Assembly (NCBI GenBank): GCA_003693705.1
Contig: RBZT01000435.1
Location: forward strand, 1 to 64,000
DNA from: Polymyxa betae A26-41
Lineage: Eukaryota > Protista > Endomyxa: Phytomyxea
Length of the DNA stretch: 64,000 nucleotides
Reading direction: 5' to 3'
The notes beneath the pieces were generated by a model, which saw nothing but the letters and a program-made list of their open reading frames with translations, was not told the origin of the DNA and ran no database searches. The position numbers were made by a program, and so were the translations under genes. Of the stretch, positions 50,842 through 63,203 are shown in pieces. The first letter of the stretch is position 1. Each line of letters begins with the position of its first letter.

Positions 50842-53192
50842 TTATTCAATTTGGAGGTGCTGTAACTTGTCCAGGATCTTAGATCTAAGCTCAAACTCTG
50901 CATCTCGAAAGGCATCGAGGGTTCTCCAGGGTAGCGTCGATGTGACATTGATGACCAGAATCTGACGGCCCGGCGGACTTGGGGCCACGCCAGGAACCGC
51001 TGGACGACGATATCGAAACTGAACGTTCGGTCGCCAGTGGAAGGAATCCTTTGCGGCCAGTTTCCTCACAAACTTTCGTAACCTCTCGATCTTGTCTCTG
51101 GACGTCTTGATATCGATTTCGATTTCGATTGTCGCTGAAGCATTTGTTGAACGAGATAGATTTATTATCCTATCCTGAAAAAAGCACGCATTAGGTGCTG
51201 GTCATTTCCAGATACAAAAACATACCGTTCGAAGAACAGAATGATGGATCATGCATAATTTCCCTGATTGTGCTTTAAACGTCGTCTGCATCAAATTTAA
51301 AGTATGGACCCGATACACCACTCCGTTGATCTCCACTAAATCATTGACTAGAGAACGCTTCAATACGGATTCTAGTGAGGGACTATTTCAAACCTTCATA
51401 AGGTTTTGATCCAAATATGAAAGAGATAGAAGAAACGATTCTCTCGATTGAAGGACCAAGAGCGAAAGAAAAAGAAACGACCAATGCCTGGAGAAAGCAA
51501 GTCAACATATGCGAGGTTTTTCAATATGAGTGTCTACAGAGCACGAAACAGCCACCACGCTTAGAGACAAGCCAGCTAAGAGTGCAACCGTTAAAATGAA
51601 GAGAAGAAAATACGGTATATCGGCAATATTTAGCAGCAATTTGGCAGTGTTCTGCATCTAGTCAATAAAGGACAATCGTTTATGCAGCCCTCACCTCAAA
51701 TTTTCGTAATTGATCTTTCAACTGATTCCGCCTCTGAAAGAGGCGAACAAACGATTTGGCGAACTCGGTTTCATCAAAGCACTGTCTCGCCCAGCACTCG
51801 TTACTGAAAAACAACTGGAATGCACGACCAGCTTCAGCCGAATTCTATTTTACACGAATGAAATCAGGAACATTTTAAGAACAATTTGAACGATACCGAG
51901 AAGTAGCGGGACCAATGATCGAATGGCACAGTTTCGGAACCAGCTGTGACAAGGAAATTGTCAAAGACTATTAGAGCGACCACAACCATTTCTCTTTCAG
52001 TCGTAATAGTCACTTCATGAGTGCTAGAGCGACTCCAGACAGAATCTTCGTGACATTGAAGAGGAAATTTCATATTGCCATTGATAACAGAATCGACACG
52101 ATCCATGATATGTGTGCTAAAGGCAACTTAATGCTTATTACAAGAATGTTTCTGAGAGTTTACTTTCTTTGAAGTTGACCACGAATTTTTAAAGCCTGGC
52201 TGATTGATGTCGCACATAGACGATCAGAAACGTTCTCCATAAACCCCAAATCATTAATTGCATGTTTATAAGATTCAGAAGTAATTCTAAGCCTGTAAAA
52301 TATTTCAGTGTTCAGCCCAGCAATATTTGATACGACTAACTTAATCGCCAAATATATAACATCTCGAACGACCAAGAACCAGCACCATAAAGGGATGACA
52401 GAAATCACAAGCAGAATTTTATCTAGAACGTCATCGCCAGATTTAGTGATCGAGTCGGGATCAGCAAGTTTCATCGTAGGAAATATGAGACTGTTTATGA
52501 TGACACCTTAATGGAATTTAATGTATGAACTGACAACAGAAACAGACTCGTACAAAACGCTATCACTCCAAAGAAGCGTCGAAAAGAGGCAATAAACCCT
52601 CGGATGTTCCATGATTTGTCTTGCAAAGCATAGCTAATCAGACACAATAATAGAAACTCAACAGTATCGCAGATATTGTCGGTTACTATCACCTGGATCT
52701 CATGAATAGCAATGCCATGCGCCATCAGTCAATATTACCACAAATGGAAGCCCTGTCCAAATCCATAATGCTAATCCATAACAGATAAATTGTGATAAGA
52801 CGAATTTACAGAAAACTGAAATTATGAGACTGATGACAGCTGGAATGCTCCATCGATATATCCTTGACGCGATTTTTCTCCATTGGGACCAATTTACAGT
52901 CTTATCAACATATACACGCTTTTCAATTGGACGAGAAACTAAGGTTTTGACCTAAGATTCATTAAGCGAACATTCGTTGCAATCTAAGATCTTTAACCGA
53001 ATCATCCTCACTTAAATCATCGTCTTCTTCATCAATAAGGGATTGCGTCGATAACTTTTTCATCATTAGCATTGAACGGCTTTCAAGCTTATTTTTCGGT
53101 ATAGGATTGGGCTGTGCATTTTTATCTTGATCCTGACCGCGTTCTATATCAGTGTTGGAATGATAGGAGACCTCCTCACTCGAGTCTTCCAT
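50842..53192 (-). CDS. MscS-like mechanosensitive ion channel (multi-exon)
   Basis: Acidic N-terminus, several TMs, FSFALGPS..ESF..I, DLVEINGVVYRVH.LNL.QT.F, I.NLSRS beta-domain motifs. Confidence 0.75.
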
Positions 53193-53486
53193 TACGATTT
53201 TGACCACGTGTAGCGGAAATATCTTGGGCTCACGTGATTCAGCTCATCCATGTTCTATATGTTAGCCAGCCCGAGCGGCCGATGCACAAAACTGCCAAGC
53301 TGATTCCCTCCTGGTTCTCTCTACAGCGTCGATTCATATTGTAGTCTGACCCCTATATAACGACAATCTTTACAACGATTGAAGAAAACACCGTTTCGTT
53401 ATGACGTCTTAGAGTGGAGCAGCCTGATTGTATCATTACATACAGTCGCGATTGCACTGTATGGTCATCTTGGTCTTTAGATTGCT

Positions 53487-54424
53487 ATGCCTTCTTCAAC
53501 CCCGTCAGATCAGGATGTTGAACGTTATCTCAGCAAGACTGGGGTCGGCGTCTTCATACAAGATGCACTCACGCTTATGCTGGAGAACCGACCGGAGCAT
53601 CCGATCCGTTTTCTAGCCGAGTAGTCAGTTGCACGCTAGATGAAGTATTAGCTCTGATAACGACAGCTTCCAGGCGGCAGTCAAACCTGGATCTGCACTT
53701 TCCAGAGGGTACCGGTATATCAGAACGACGCCAAGAAATCGCCCAGCTTTCATGAGCAACTTGGTGTCAGCATTTGTTGTCTTAGACACCAGCAAGAGTA
53801 ATAACTGCTGATTGGCAATACGAAAGAGCTGACGATTTGTCTATTCAGCTGGAACGAAATCCTGTGGACTAACATTCAAGGAGATGCAGAAATTGCTGCG
53901 GCTTCTGGCGAACGATTTTCCAATTGATATTCTGTCTCCGATGATACATGTAAATCGAAGTTTCGTTGAGATATTCAACATTAAACCTAGCTTTAGAGCA
54001 TGAAAATATGTGACTCTGATTTGGTGGATTTCGAGCTGTTTCACTTGTCAGTTGTCGCTGTTTTGGAGTTTGAAGGTATAGTTGTACGGAAGGAGATGAC
54101 AGAAAGTTTCCAACATTAATTTAACAGAGCTGTTTGAAAAATTAGAATGGGTTTTTAAGGGCTATGATCCTGAATCTAGCGGGTATATATCAGGCTCTAT
54201 GCTTAACGAAATTATCGCAATCATGAGAAGGAACGAAAATTTTTGTCAGCAGTATGATTGATTAGCTCACTGAATATTGTCATGACCATTTTGGTAGATG
54301 TATTGACAGGAGTCCGAAGAAACTCTTAGCTGATCTGCCAAAACAAGCGCTATCGTACAAAGAATTCCTAGCTTTAACTCTACAAATATTATCATTTCTT
54401 CCAACGGAATCCACAAAAATATAA
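53487..54424 (+). CDS. TPGS1: Tubulin polyglutamylase complex subunit 1-like
   Basis: YLSKTGV..IQDAL..MLENRPEHPIRFLAEYF (RIIa/DPY-30-like), RPAFMSNLVSAF, GLTFKEM.KLLRLL. Confidence 0.75.
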
Positions 54425-54470
54425 TACAATCTTATTCCTTAATGCATTAAAAAGGCGTATAAACAATAAC

Positions 54471-57400
54471 TTAGAAATTTTCCTAGATAAAATGAGTGAT
54501 TTTTTCTGTGTCCAGGTTCTAGTAAATTACCTTGTGCAAGCGGAAGAAAGTCTTCGTGGTCGAATTGCTCCAGTGCACGCACTGCTCCTTCAGATTCGAA
54601 GCTATCACCGGATTACCACAATATGCGACCCCAATGTCATTAGCGGGATGAGTGTTGGCAACATTTTCGAACTGCTTGCTCCAATCCGGGCGCCCACGAT
54701 GAACATATATGTTCCCAAGCCGTTGCGTCTTTTTAGGTGGACATTGAAGTGCATTGAGCAATTCAATTTCTGTCCATTCTGCGTTGACTAGCACAAGATT
54801 TTCATCGGCATGTAATTTGGAACCCCAGAACTTTACGTCGTCCTCAATCTGTGGATAACGTTAGAACGTATAGTTGATAAGCATCCGAATTACATTGATG
54901 GGTCCGAAAGGCTTACAGTTGTCTGGAGCTGAAGTTACATAAATATGGAACTGGAAAGTCTTGTTGTCGACAAAGTTCTTATTAACAGCCCAAAGATTAT
55001 GCACCTATTCAATGTCAAAGAAACAGAAGGCTCTCAAGTCTCTACAAAACCTCATCATCGGCCTCTTTCAACATACGGATGACCCATCGGAATGAGTTGA
55101 TTTCCTTATGCGAGGTAACAAAGAAGAAATAGACATGATCTGGGTATGAGCGACCAATGCTAAATTTCCACCTGTTCCGAACCATTATTGTCAAGGTAGC
55201 AACATCCTGATGTGGATTGCCTGTAGTGTGCTATATTCTTCATGGTTGCACAAACGGGAGTGACACCGATTCCAGCCCCGATGACCATTGCGATTGAGTA
55301 TTCAGAAACATGTTGGGTTGGGGCTGAGTGTGGGCCGTAAATTCGAAACAACTTCGTCCCATCTGGACCCACAATCTTCACCTGATTAACAGACTTCTAT
55401 TCTAGCTCCGCGCTATTGTACCTTTCCCCTCGTTCCAGATTTATTGTTGCTGTTAGCGAACGAGATGAACGCTGTTTTAACTGGCATTAAAACCGAGCAA
55501 AAATCAGCTAATTTAGCAGTCCAGCTCATTCCATTTTCGGCATCCAGAACTCGAATATGCACAGTGACATCGTTTTCCTGAAATCAACTCAGATAGTAAA
55601 ACAGACTCTGTATGCGCTGCCACCTGCGGAGCAGATGAAATCGTGAAAGGATGCCATTCGCCTCGGGATATGGATGGAGCGTTTAGGTATAAATACTGGC
55701 CTTCTTTATAGCCACTGGGAAAAGCCGACTTACGATCGAAACCAAGAGAAATCACGTTATCTGAAGATATCTCAATGACCGCAATCGAGTTATGGATCAT
55801 CTAACCCATATTGGTAATGGAGGTCAGGGCTACAGTACGGTATGCAGAATATGTACGGTATAGTCGCTCAAGCAAATAAATCGGAATGACGATGATCAAT
55901 GACTTCCACACATTACGATTAAATCCGCCTCGGCCGTGCGGAAGCAGGAAGATAAAGAACCCAATGAAGAAGTGATGTGAATACCAGAAAATCTATGTCG
56001 CCTTGAACTCGCTAGCTAACTGAGTAAATATGACTTACTTCGAAATGAGACCATTTCACATTATGAGGCGCTGCACCATACATGAACATCATGCAGATGA
56101 AAATCGCAACTCCTGTTGTCCAGGGCCAAATTCCGTAGAATTGCCAGGTGTAATCTGGCGACAAACCATAATTGACCAAATGCATGATTGTATGCATAAC
56201 GGCCGCGAATAGCACCATCCAAGCAACAATTTTGTGAAATTCCAAAGCCTTGTCCAATGGGATGAATGCCAGAATGCTACGTAGGAATCGTTGGCCTCGT
56301 GTCTGTCCGTGCGTAAATGCAACAGCGTTCAAAGCGAAATCAAAACGAACCTGCGATTGGGTGGAGTAGTCGTACAAATATCTGATAAACGTTCGACAGA
56401 CAGGTAGGAGAATCAGGCCACAGTTAAAGTCCAGGATGGCTCCCCATGCTTTCGCCCAAGCGACGAACTGTGATGCAGCGAAATCGATAGGCATCTGGTC
56501 GATCTGGTCAAACCTAGGCGCCCGCCGTTGGAACACCGACAATGCAGACAGATATCACCGAACCAGAAGAAGAGAACGAGGAAGAACAGGGCGCCATTGA
56601 TTGCGATCCAAACAGATAATGCCGTCAACTCTCCCACTTTGCCAGGCTCATTGAAATAGAACTTGAGGTTGTCCCACCATCCCTATAAGATCAGTTAACC
56701 CGCAGTGAATTGGGTCGAGTCGGTTCAATTGACATTTGTTGTCTCGACTTTCCGAGTTGCATCCTGTTTCACTTTCCGTTCCTGGACAAACGATTCACTC
56801 TTGGCCGCCGAAACCAGGTGAGCACCGGCAGCGATAATCAGGTGAGCAGCAGCGACTAGTGTGATGATGGAAAAAAGCGCCGGAATCGCCAGTCTGAACC
56901 CAGAGGATCAATCTGCTGCCATTTCGGTTTAGCATTTATCATTACAGGGTATAGATCAAAGCGCGCCAAGGGAAATTTGTCGGCAAACGCCTTGTCCAGC
57001 GCGCTTCGTAGACTGTGATTGCCGATCCAATGATTCTTTTACACTAGTAAGAAACATGAATGACTAAATGCTTAACCTACAGCCCATAGACAGCAAGGAT
57101 GATGTCGCGAGTCGACATGAAGACGGCATCAAGATAAAGCCAATAGAAGATAACAGTGGCGCTCCCAACCATTCCAATAGAACATGCCAGGGTCATGTTA
57201 GACGCCCACATGCCATATCTGGTGGAAGAACTCAAGGGCGCGACGGCCGGGCCAACAATCTCAGGGGCTACAGGTTTTTCGGGTTCCTGAGGGTCCAATA
57301 GTGGTATCGATTGGTTATCTTTAACATTCGTCCTATCAAACGCTGTCGGAGACAATTCGGTAGGAAAATTCTTCTTTGGTCCTGGTGATAAGCGACGATC

Positions 57401-57484
57401 GCAGCTCTGTCGGCGGTCTCGTAGATGTTCTTCGAAGATTAAACTTACTTGATCCTTAACCAGTGAACGCATAGCTTGCGCCAT
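54471..57484 (-). CDS. NADPH oxidase (NOX2/gp91phox-like) with N-terminal fused p22phox-like domain
   Basis: LILLPVCR, FHK...MH and SHH...H heme His pairs, GQY..EWHPFTISSAP (FAD), GAGIGVTP, GRPDW, YCG, HK|ENF*; upstream exons resemble CYBA. Confidence 0.9.
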
Positions 57485-57666
57485 TACGAAGCCAGGTTCG
57501 TAAATGAGTCGTCTAGCGTTTTTGTGCCGGCAACAAGACCAGTGTTTCTAGAACGTCCTAGATTTTAGTGATTGATAAATTAGGAGTAAGGACATTCTCA
57601 TCTTTCTCGAAATGAGTGCATATTAACTAAGTTATAGTGGCAGGTGATGTTGAAAGAGAACATGCT

Positions 57667-58645
57667 TCAGCAATGTGACAGAGTAGGACCACACGAAATG
57701 CCCAAAATAAGGTACAGAACCGCCTATGACGCAATTGAAAAACAACAGTGTTATTGTTGAAAAAGGCACTCACCAATACGCCAAAGCCTCCTAATGCAAA
57801 CAATTTAGCGTTCTTCCACCATAAGGATCTAGTAATGAGGTTATAAATTGATCAGTACAAAGTACACTTTGATGTGCGGAAACCTCTTAAGTCTCGTCGA
57901 CCTCTTCTTAAACTGTAAAGCGCTTGCATCCAGTTGATCAGACTTGTCCACTAAAAGCTCTACAGATAATAAACATCTATTATCACTATGATTGAGGGGT
58001 AACATACCGATTTTATCACCGCGTTCCAGTACTCGATCAATGTTATCAGCCTTCGTATCATGTCATGAAAAAGATGACAAAAAATGTGTAGCTTTTACCA
58101 TCACATTCCTTGCCTGGGATAATTCGGTTTGTACGGCGCTCAATTTCGACGGGTTATACTTTGCATTGTTGTAATAATCCATTCTGGATTGTAGAATAGT
58201 GGAGAATTCAGAATTGAAAGAATAGGCTATCGCTGTATTGGCGGATGCTCCATATGCAGCTAGAACCCATGGTTGGATAGTAAATCATACCAACTATTTT
58301 TTAATTTACCTGAAAACCGCAGTTTCACATCTTCCAAGAAATCGAAGGGAATCTGATTGCCAAAATTTTCATCGGCCATGCAAAGATATATCAGATTTTT
58401 GACAACAATATAGTGAAACTGATATCTATACAAAGCAGTCAAATGAACAGCTTCGAACGAGATGACAGAGACAACCCATCAAGCATATAGGACGCACGAT
58501 CCTGCTCGGGATCGATCCTTGCCAGGAGGACTCTGGTGACCTGGGCGAAATTCCCAGCCAGTCCATGTGGGATGTATTCGGCGAGAACGTCGGTGCCTCG
58601 CGCGACCAATGCATAAAGGATGCCGCCTTGCTGAGGGATAGCCAT
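57667..58645 (-). CDS. VAMP7: Longin R-SNARE VAMP7
   Basis: ILYALVARGTDVLAEY longin domain, YLCMADE, NIDRVLERGDKI|ELLVDKS, C-terminal TM. Confidence 0.92.
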
Positions 58646-59080
58646 ATTCAAATGAGTTTATCAAAGTATTCACTTTAGTATGGCATCGGACATTTTTTCA
58701 CAGCCCTTAAATTGAAAGCTGCATCAATGGGCTCCATTGTTTATTCGGGCTGTCTGAACAAGGCGATTCAATTAGAAGCGGCTGCTGCGACCCGTTTCAG
58801 TTTAATGTCTCAGAGTGGGCAGCCGGCAACTTTTGGGCAGTTTCCTGGTTTCGTCACGGATTGGCGAGGATCTTACACTTTCTTCCATTCTTTTCAGCCG
58901 TTTTGTTCTTTTTGCAATTGCAATGCTGGATAAAAATGCCTTCGCCTTCATTTCGCCACAGTAAAATCGGTTTTGGAGTTTTCCTGACTACCTATAGTCC
59001 TATACGGAGTGCGGAGTCTCATTTTGATTTAAAGAGACATTTTCAGGGACGTCTGCCGATATCAGGCTGTTTAATCAGTA

Positions 59081-59511
59081 ATGGCTAAGCACCATCCCGA
59101 TTTGATTATGTGCCGAAAGCAACCGGGCATTGCTATTGGTCGCCTGTGCTCTAAATGCGATGGCAAATGTGTCATCTGTGATTCTTATGTCAAGCCCAAC
59201 ACACTGGTTCGAATCTGCGACGAATGCAATTATGGCAGTTTCCAAGGTCGCTGTGTGATTTGTGGTGGCCAAGGAATTTCTGATGCTTATTATTGCTCGG
59301 AATGTACATTGCAAGAGAAGGATAGAGACGGTATTTGTTTCCACTATCATCAGCGATTGTTGCTAACTGCATCATTAGGTTGTCCTAAGATCGTGAACTT
59401 GGGCTCGGCTAAAACAGATCTGTTCTATGAAAGAAAAAGTAATGTTATTTTTCAATCATCGTCTTTGAAAAGCTAATTATGTGCTCAGAGTATGGTTTCA
59501 AACCACACTAA
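59081..59511 (+). CDS. PHF5A: PHD finger-like SF3b splicing subunit PHF5A/RDS3
   Basis: [36 protein letters not shown]...[19 protein letters not shown], near-identical to PHF5A. Confidence 0.98.
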
Positions 59512-59588
59512 CCTTCGGTCGGATGCAAGGTTATGCTTGCATCCTGAACAATATCATTGCCGCTTTATCATAAACATATAATTCCACA

Positions 59589-60113
59589 TTATCTGTCATC
59601 TATTATGATGGTTCTGTAAAATCCTATCCTTCCGGCTAGTTGCAGCCGAGGCCTTGAATATTTTATGGGTTTCCTGTTCCATTGCTCTCTCCCAATGCCG
59701 GCCTTGATGGCTATTAACCGTTTCGTCATCTCAACAAGCTTTTTACTTCGCTCGTTCAGTGGGCTTGTTTTATTTTGTATTCTTTCTGGCATTCTGCGCG
59801 CCGTTGTTTCGTATCGAGGGGTTTCGCTCGAACTTCTAAACCGATGGATATTTTGGGGCTCGTCGGAGTTCTTCAGAGCGAGTTGAACTTCGGTTTGTGT
59901 CTGCTTCTGAATTGTTGTCAGCGCTTTCAATCTGCCGTTAATGTGGCATTGTTCTTGTAAATTTGTTGCCCAAGCCGATGTCCAACTGTCGTCATATTTC
60001 TTCCGACGGCGGTGAGTTCTGCCCTCACTTTTGGATTCTACAAAATCGCGATCGGGATCTCCCTGTGAAGAAATTATCAGTTTTTTTATAAACCTTCCGG
60101 ACAGAACTGACAT
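59589..60113 (-). CDS. Hypothetical basic 174-aa protein, intronless
   Basis: Long ATG-initiated ORF filling the intergenic slot; no motif recognised. Confidence 0.5.
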   Translation of the reverse strand: MSVLSGRFIKKLIISSQGDPDRDFVESKSEGRTHRRRKKYDDSWTSAWATNLQEQCHINGRLKALTTIQKQTQTEVQLALKNSDEPQNIHRFRSSSETPRYETTARRMPERIQNKTSPLNERSKKLVEMTKRLIAIKAGIGREQWNRKPIKYSRPRLQLAGRIGFYRTIIIDDR

Positions 60114-60266
60114 AAAGCAAATGTCGGTTAGCCCTCAGAAATCGTGATATTGTTGACAAAGTTGTCATATGTTATTAATAAATAGAAAAGCTCGACCTCA
60201 GATAGGCTTAAGAGGGTTTGTACGCGTTCTCGATCGAAAATGTTAATATGCAGGTGGCAACTCTTG

Positions 60267-60617
60267 TCACTGATAATCAAGAACCAGTAAAGTCGCTATT
60301 GATTGTAAATTGTTTATGTCGACAGTATCTTGCATATCGATGCTGGTATCGGATATTGAACGAATACAGGCATCTAAACCAAACACACTCAACGATATTT
60401 ATAGTATCACTTGCCTGATTACCTAATATGAACTGGTTTATTAACTCGGTAACCATAGCGATCGCTTCTTTTTTGACTGTCATCGGTATTAGCGAATAGA
60501 TATTAGTTACGAGATGGCAATACATTTGAGCGGTCTTTGCTGGTCGATTTCAGATGCAACACTAGCAATCAGTTTCTTGGAAACTTCAACCCCAACACGC
60601 GAACGCTCGAGATCCAT
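60267..60617 (-). CDS. CENPX: Histone-fold centromere protein X (MHF2)
   Basis: Spliced: TVKKEAIAMVTELINQFIL|DACIRS...TVDINNLQSIATLLVLDY ~ CENP-X KVSGDALQLMVELLKVFVVEAAVR...VDVDQLEKVLPQLLLDF. Confidence 0.75.
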
Positions 60618-60767
60618 GCTGCTAAACGCTGGGCTGGTTTTTTAATTGTAGGAAACTACGCACAAGTCCACAACACCAAATGTAACGTTACCTAATCTTC
60701 TTGTAATACTTCTATTATTAATGTATCAATATCATTGTATATTATTTGTCAAATTCTGCATTGATGG

Positions 60768-61332
60768 TTATTCTGTCATCAAAATTTTCACATGCTTGGG
60801 TGAGTTAACAAATGCTTTAGCAGGCGGTGGCTCGCCAAACACTTTTGACGGTTTTGGGTGAGCTTTCTGCATTTGTAAATCTTCGTGCTTGACCCCGAAA
60901 ACCTTCGAAGTCTTGGAAGGTGGTTCTGATGTGCTGGTGTCCTCTAGATTCTCTATCTGCTTATCTGTCAGGTGAGTTAATTTGGATTGTTCCAGAACTC
61001 TCTCGATTCGAACATCGTTTGTATGAGCTTGCATTTCAATCAGCTCATCTAGGTCAGGAATTTGACCAAAAACCTGTTGTGGTTTTCCGTTCCTGTATTC
61101 CTTTACAGATATCAATTTTTAAGCAATAGAGCGTTCTGGCGTTTACCTGGATGGTTTCGTAAACATTGACTTCCTGATTTTGCATTCCTAACATTTTCTT
61201 GACTTTCGAGTAGGATCTTTCCTGTTTGGACTCCTCGTCTTCCTCTGAGATTTGTTCGACACCCGCACCTGAGGACAACGATGATGATTCATCACTCTCG
61301 TAAAGGATATCCTGGGCCAATGATGGATGCAT
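60768..61332 (-). CDS. Hypothetical protein with repeated Kxx(K/Q)(V/M)(F/L)G motifs
   Basis: Two exons joined by a GT-AG intron; SKVKKMLG, GKPQQVFG, SKTSKVFG, PKPSKVFG. Confidence 0.6.
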
Positions 61333-61789
61333 TCTATGACAGAATGCATTCTGTTCTTGAGGGCAGCCTGACCACGAGCCGACAAAGATATCACACTGAT
61401 AAATCAAATTTCTCATTAATAATTCTAGAAACTGAATTCTATTGCAACAGTCCTAGCAATCGTCAATGCAATAATATGTTTGCTAACGTGGGTACACTTC
61501 AGCTCTGAAAACCTTACAATCCATCCGTTATAATCACTAAAGCTTATTGTTAGTCATAGAATTCAGTACATCTTCGATATTCGTCCATCAGTAGATTTGA
61601 AGTTGTAGAATTTTTATGATTAACCAAATAGATTGAAGAAAGTGATCTGCCCAGAATGTCAATCGAAATTTCAGTTTGTGTTTGAAAGTTACGGACTGCG
61701 TATCAAGCTTGCTTGGCTTATTCTTGTTGAAGGAAGAGCAACATTCTCCTGCTCCTGCTTCTTTGCAGCGTTCAAACGGAAGGAACGCG

Positions 61790-63126
61790 ATGGCAGAGAC
61801 CAACACCGCAGATGCTTTCCCCATTCTCTGCGATGGCTGTTTAGGCCCAAACAAGTTTCTGCGAATGGTCGGCCTCAGATTCGAACACGAATAGTTGGTA
61901 TCTAATTCCTGATTCCCAGTCCAAAGACATATTAGGGGCTGCCTGCAAAGTATGTGGTCGTCCATATGATGTATTCAAATGGAGAGCTGATAACGACGGG
62001 CATATCAGGCAAACTGAATGCTGTCAACTTGTACGTTGAAAACCGTTTTGCAAAACGATTTTCCTGATTTCGGATCAGTGCGCGAAAATCAAAAATATGT
62101 GCTCGACATGTTTATTGGATTTGGAATTTCGACTGCCTGCTCATATAAGGGACGCTGTCTTAGAGCCTGATGAAGTTATGCGAGTTCCGACTAATCAGGC
62201 TAACCGAGAGTAATCCGATTAGGATTTTCTAAACATACCATTGACTGATTTTTGATAGATTTCTCTATGAGCAGCATGAAAAACTAATCGCCAGCGCAGG
62301 CAAAGATGCTTCTGATCATATGCTAGCTCTGCCTTATGGGAAATCTAACCCTGCTTCTATATTGGAGCGCCTGGAATCACGGAAACCCTACAACAGAAAA
62401 CGAGACCTTCAGAATATTTGTAAAGTAATTGCTTTGCAGCTTCCTTGCCATCATGAAGTAATTTCATGTCTAGGATTATATGAAGGGTACATGCCCTCGA
62501 GGATCTAACTGCCCTTATCGGCACGAGACGCCTTTAAGTCATAAAACTTCCGACCAAGTTCTCGTCGAAAGGTTTCGCATTGAAAACACTCCAAGAACGT
62601 ATACGCCAGATGGCTTACCTCCGCCACCTCCAGTAGATCCAACAATCACAACGCTTTTCGTTGGTGGCAACGACAACTCTATCGACGACAACGATCTCGT
62701 CGACCATTTCTCTCAGTTTGGGCATGTCGCTAGTGTCCGAGCTATTCCTGCCAAGGCCTGCGCCTTTGTCGAATTCATGGATCGCTCCGGTGCTGAGAAC
62801 GCGGTTATGAAGAATTGGGAGAAATGTGTGATCAGGGGAATACCTCTAAGGATCGCTTGGGCTCGTCCTCGAGGTATTGTTTTTGTTGGTCGCTTTTGAG
62901 GAATTGATATTGGGTTTAAGTCATTCGCCCGGAAGCCTTAATGGCCCAGGAAGCGCAAGCTGCAACTGAATCTCAGAAGCCACTGCCTGATGCGACAAAG
63001 TTTATGAAGATTCCTCCCCCTCCAGCTCCTGCTGCCCATATCCTGCCTCCCCCAGGGATGTACCCTGGCAAGCGAAAATTGTATCCATCACAAGATCCCA
63101 AAGCTGGCGCAGCGAAGATGTTTTAA
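61790..63126 (+). CDS. RBM22: Pre-mRNA splicing factor RBM22/SLT11
   Basis: FPILCDGCLGPNKFLRM, CKVCGRP, KNMCSTCLLDLEF, CCCH finger, ITTLFVGG RRM, YPSQDP. Confidence 0.92.
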
Positions 63127-63203
63127 GACGCTGCCTTTTAGAACTATATTTAACTAGATGTCATTTGTTGAATTATACAGCTGCCGTTCTGGTTGATCTA
63201 CAT

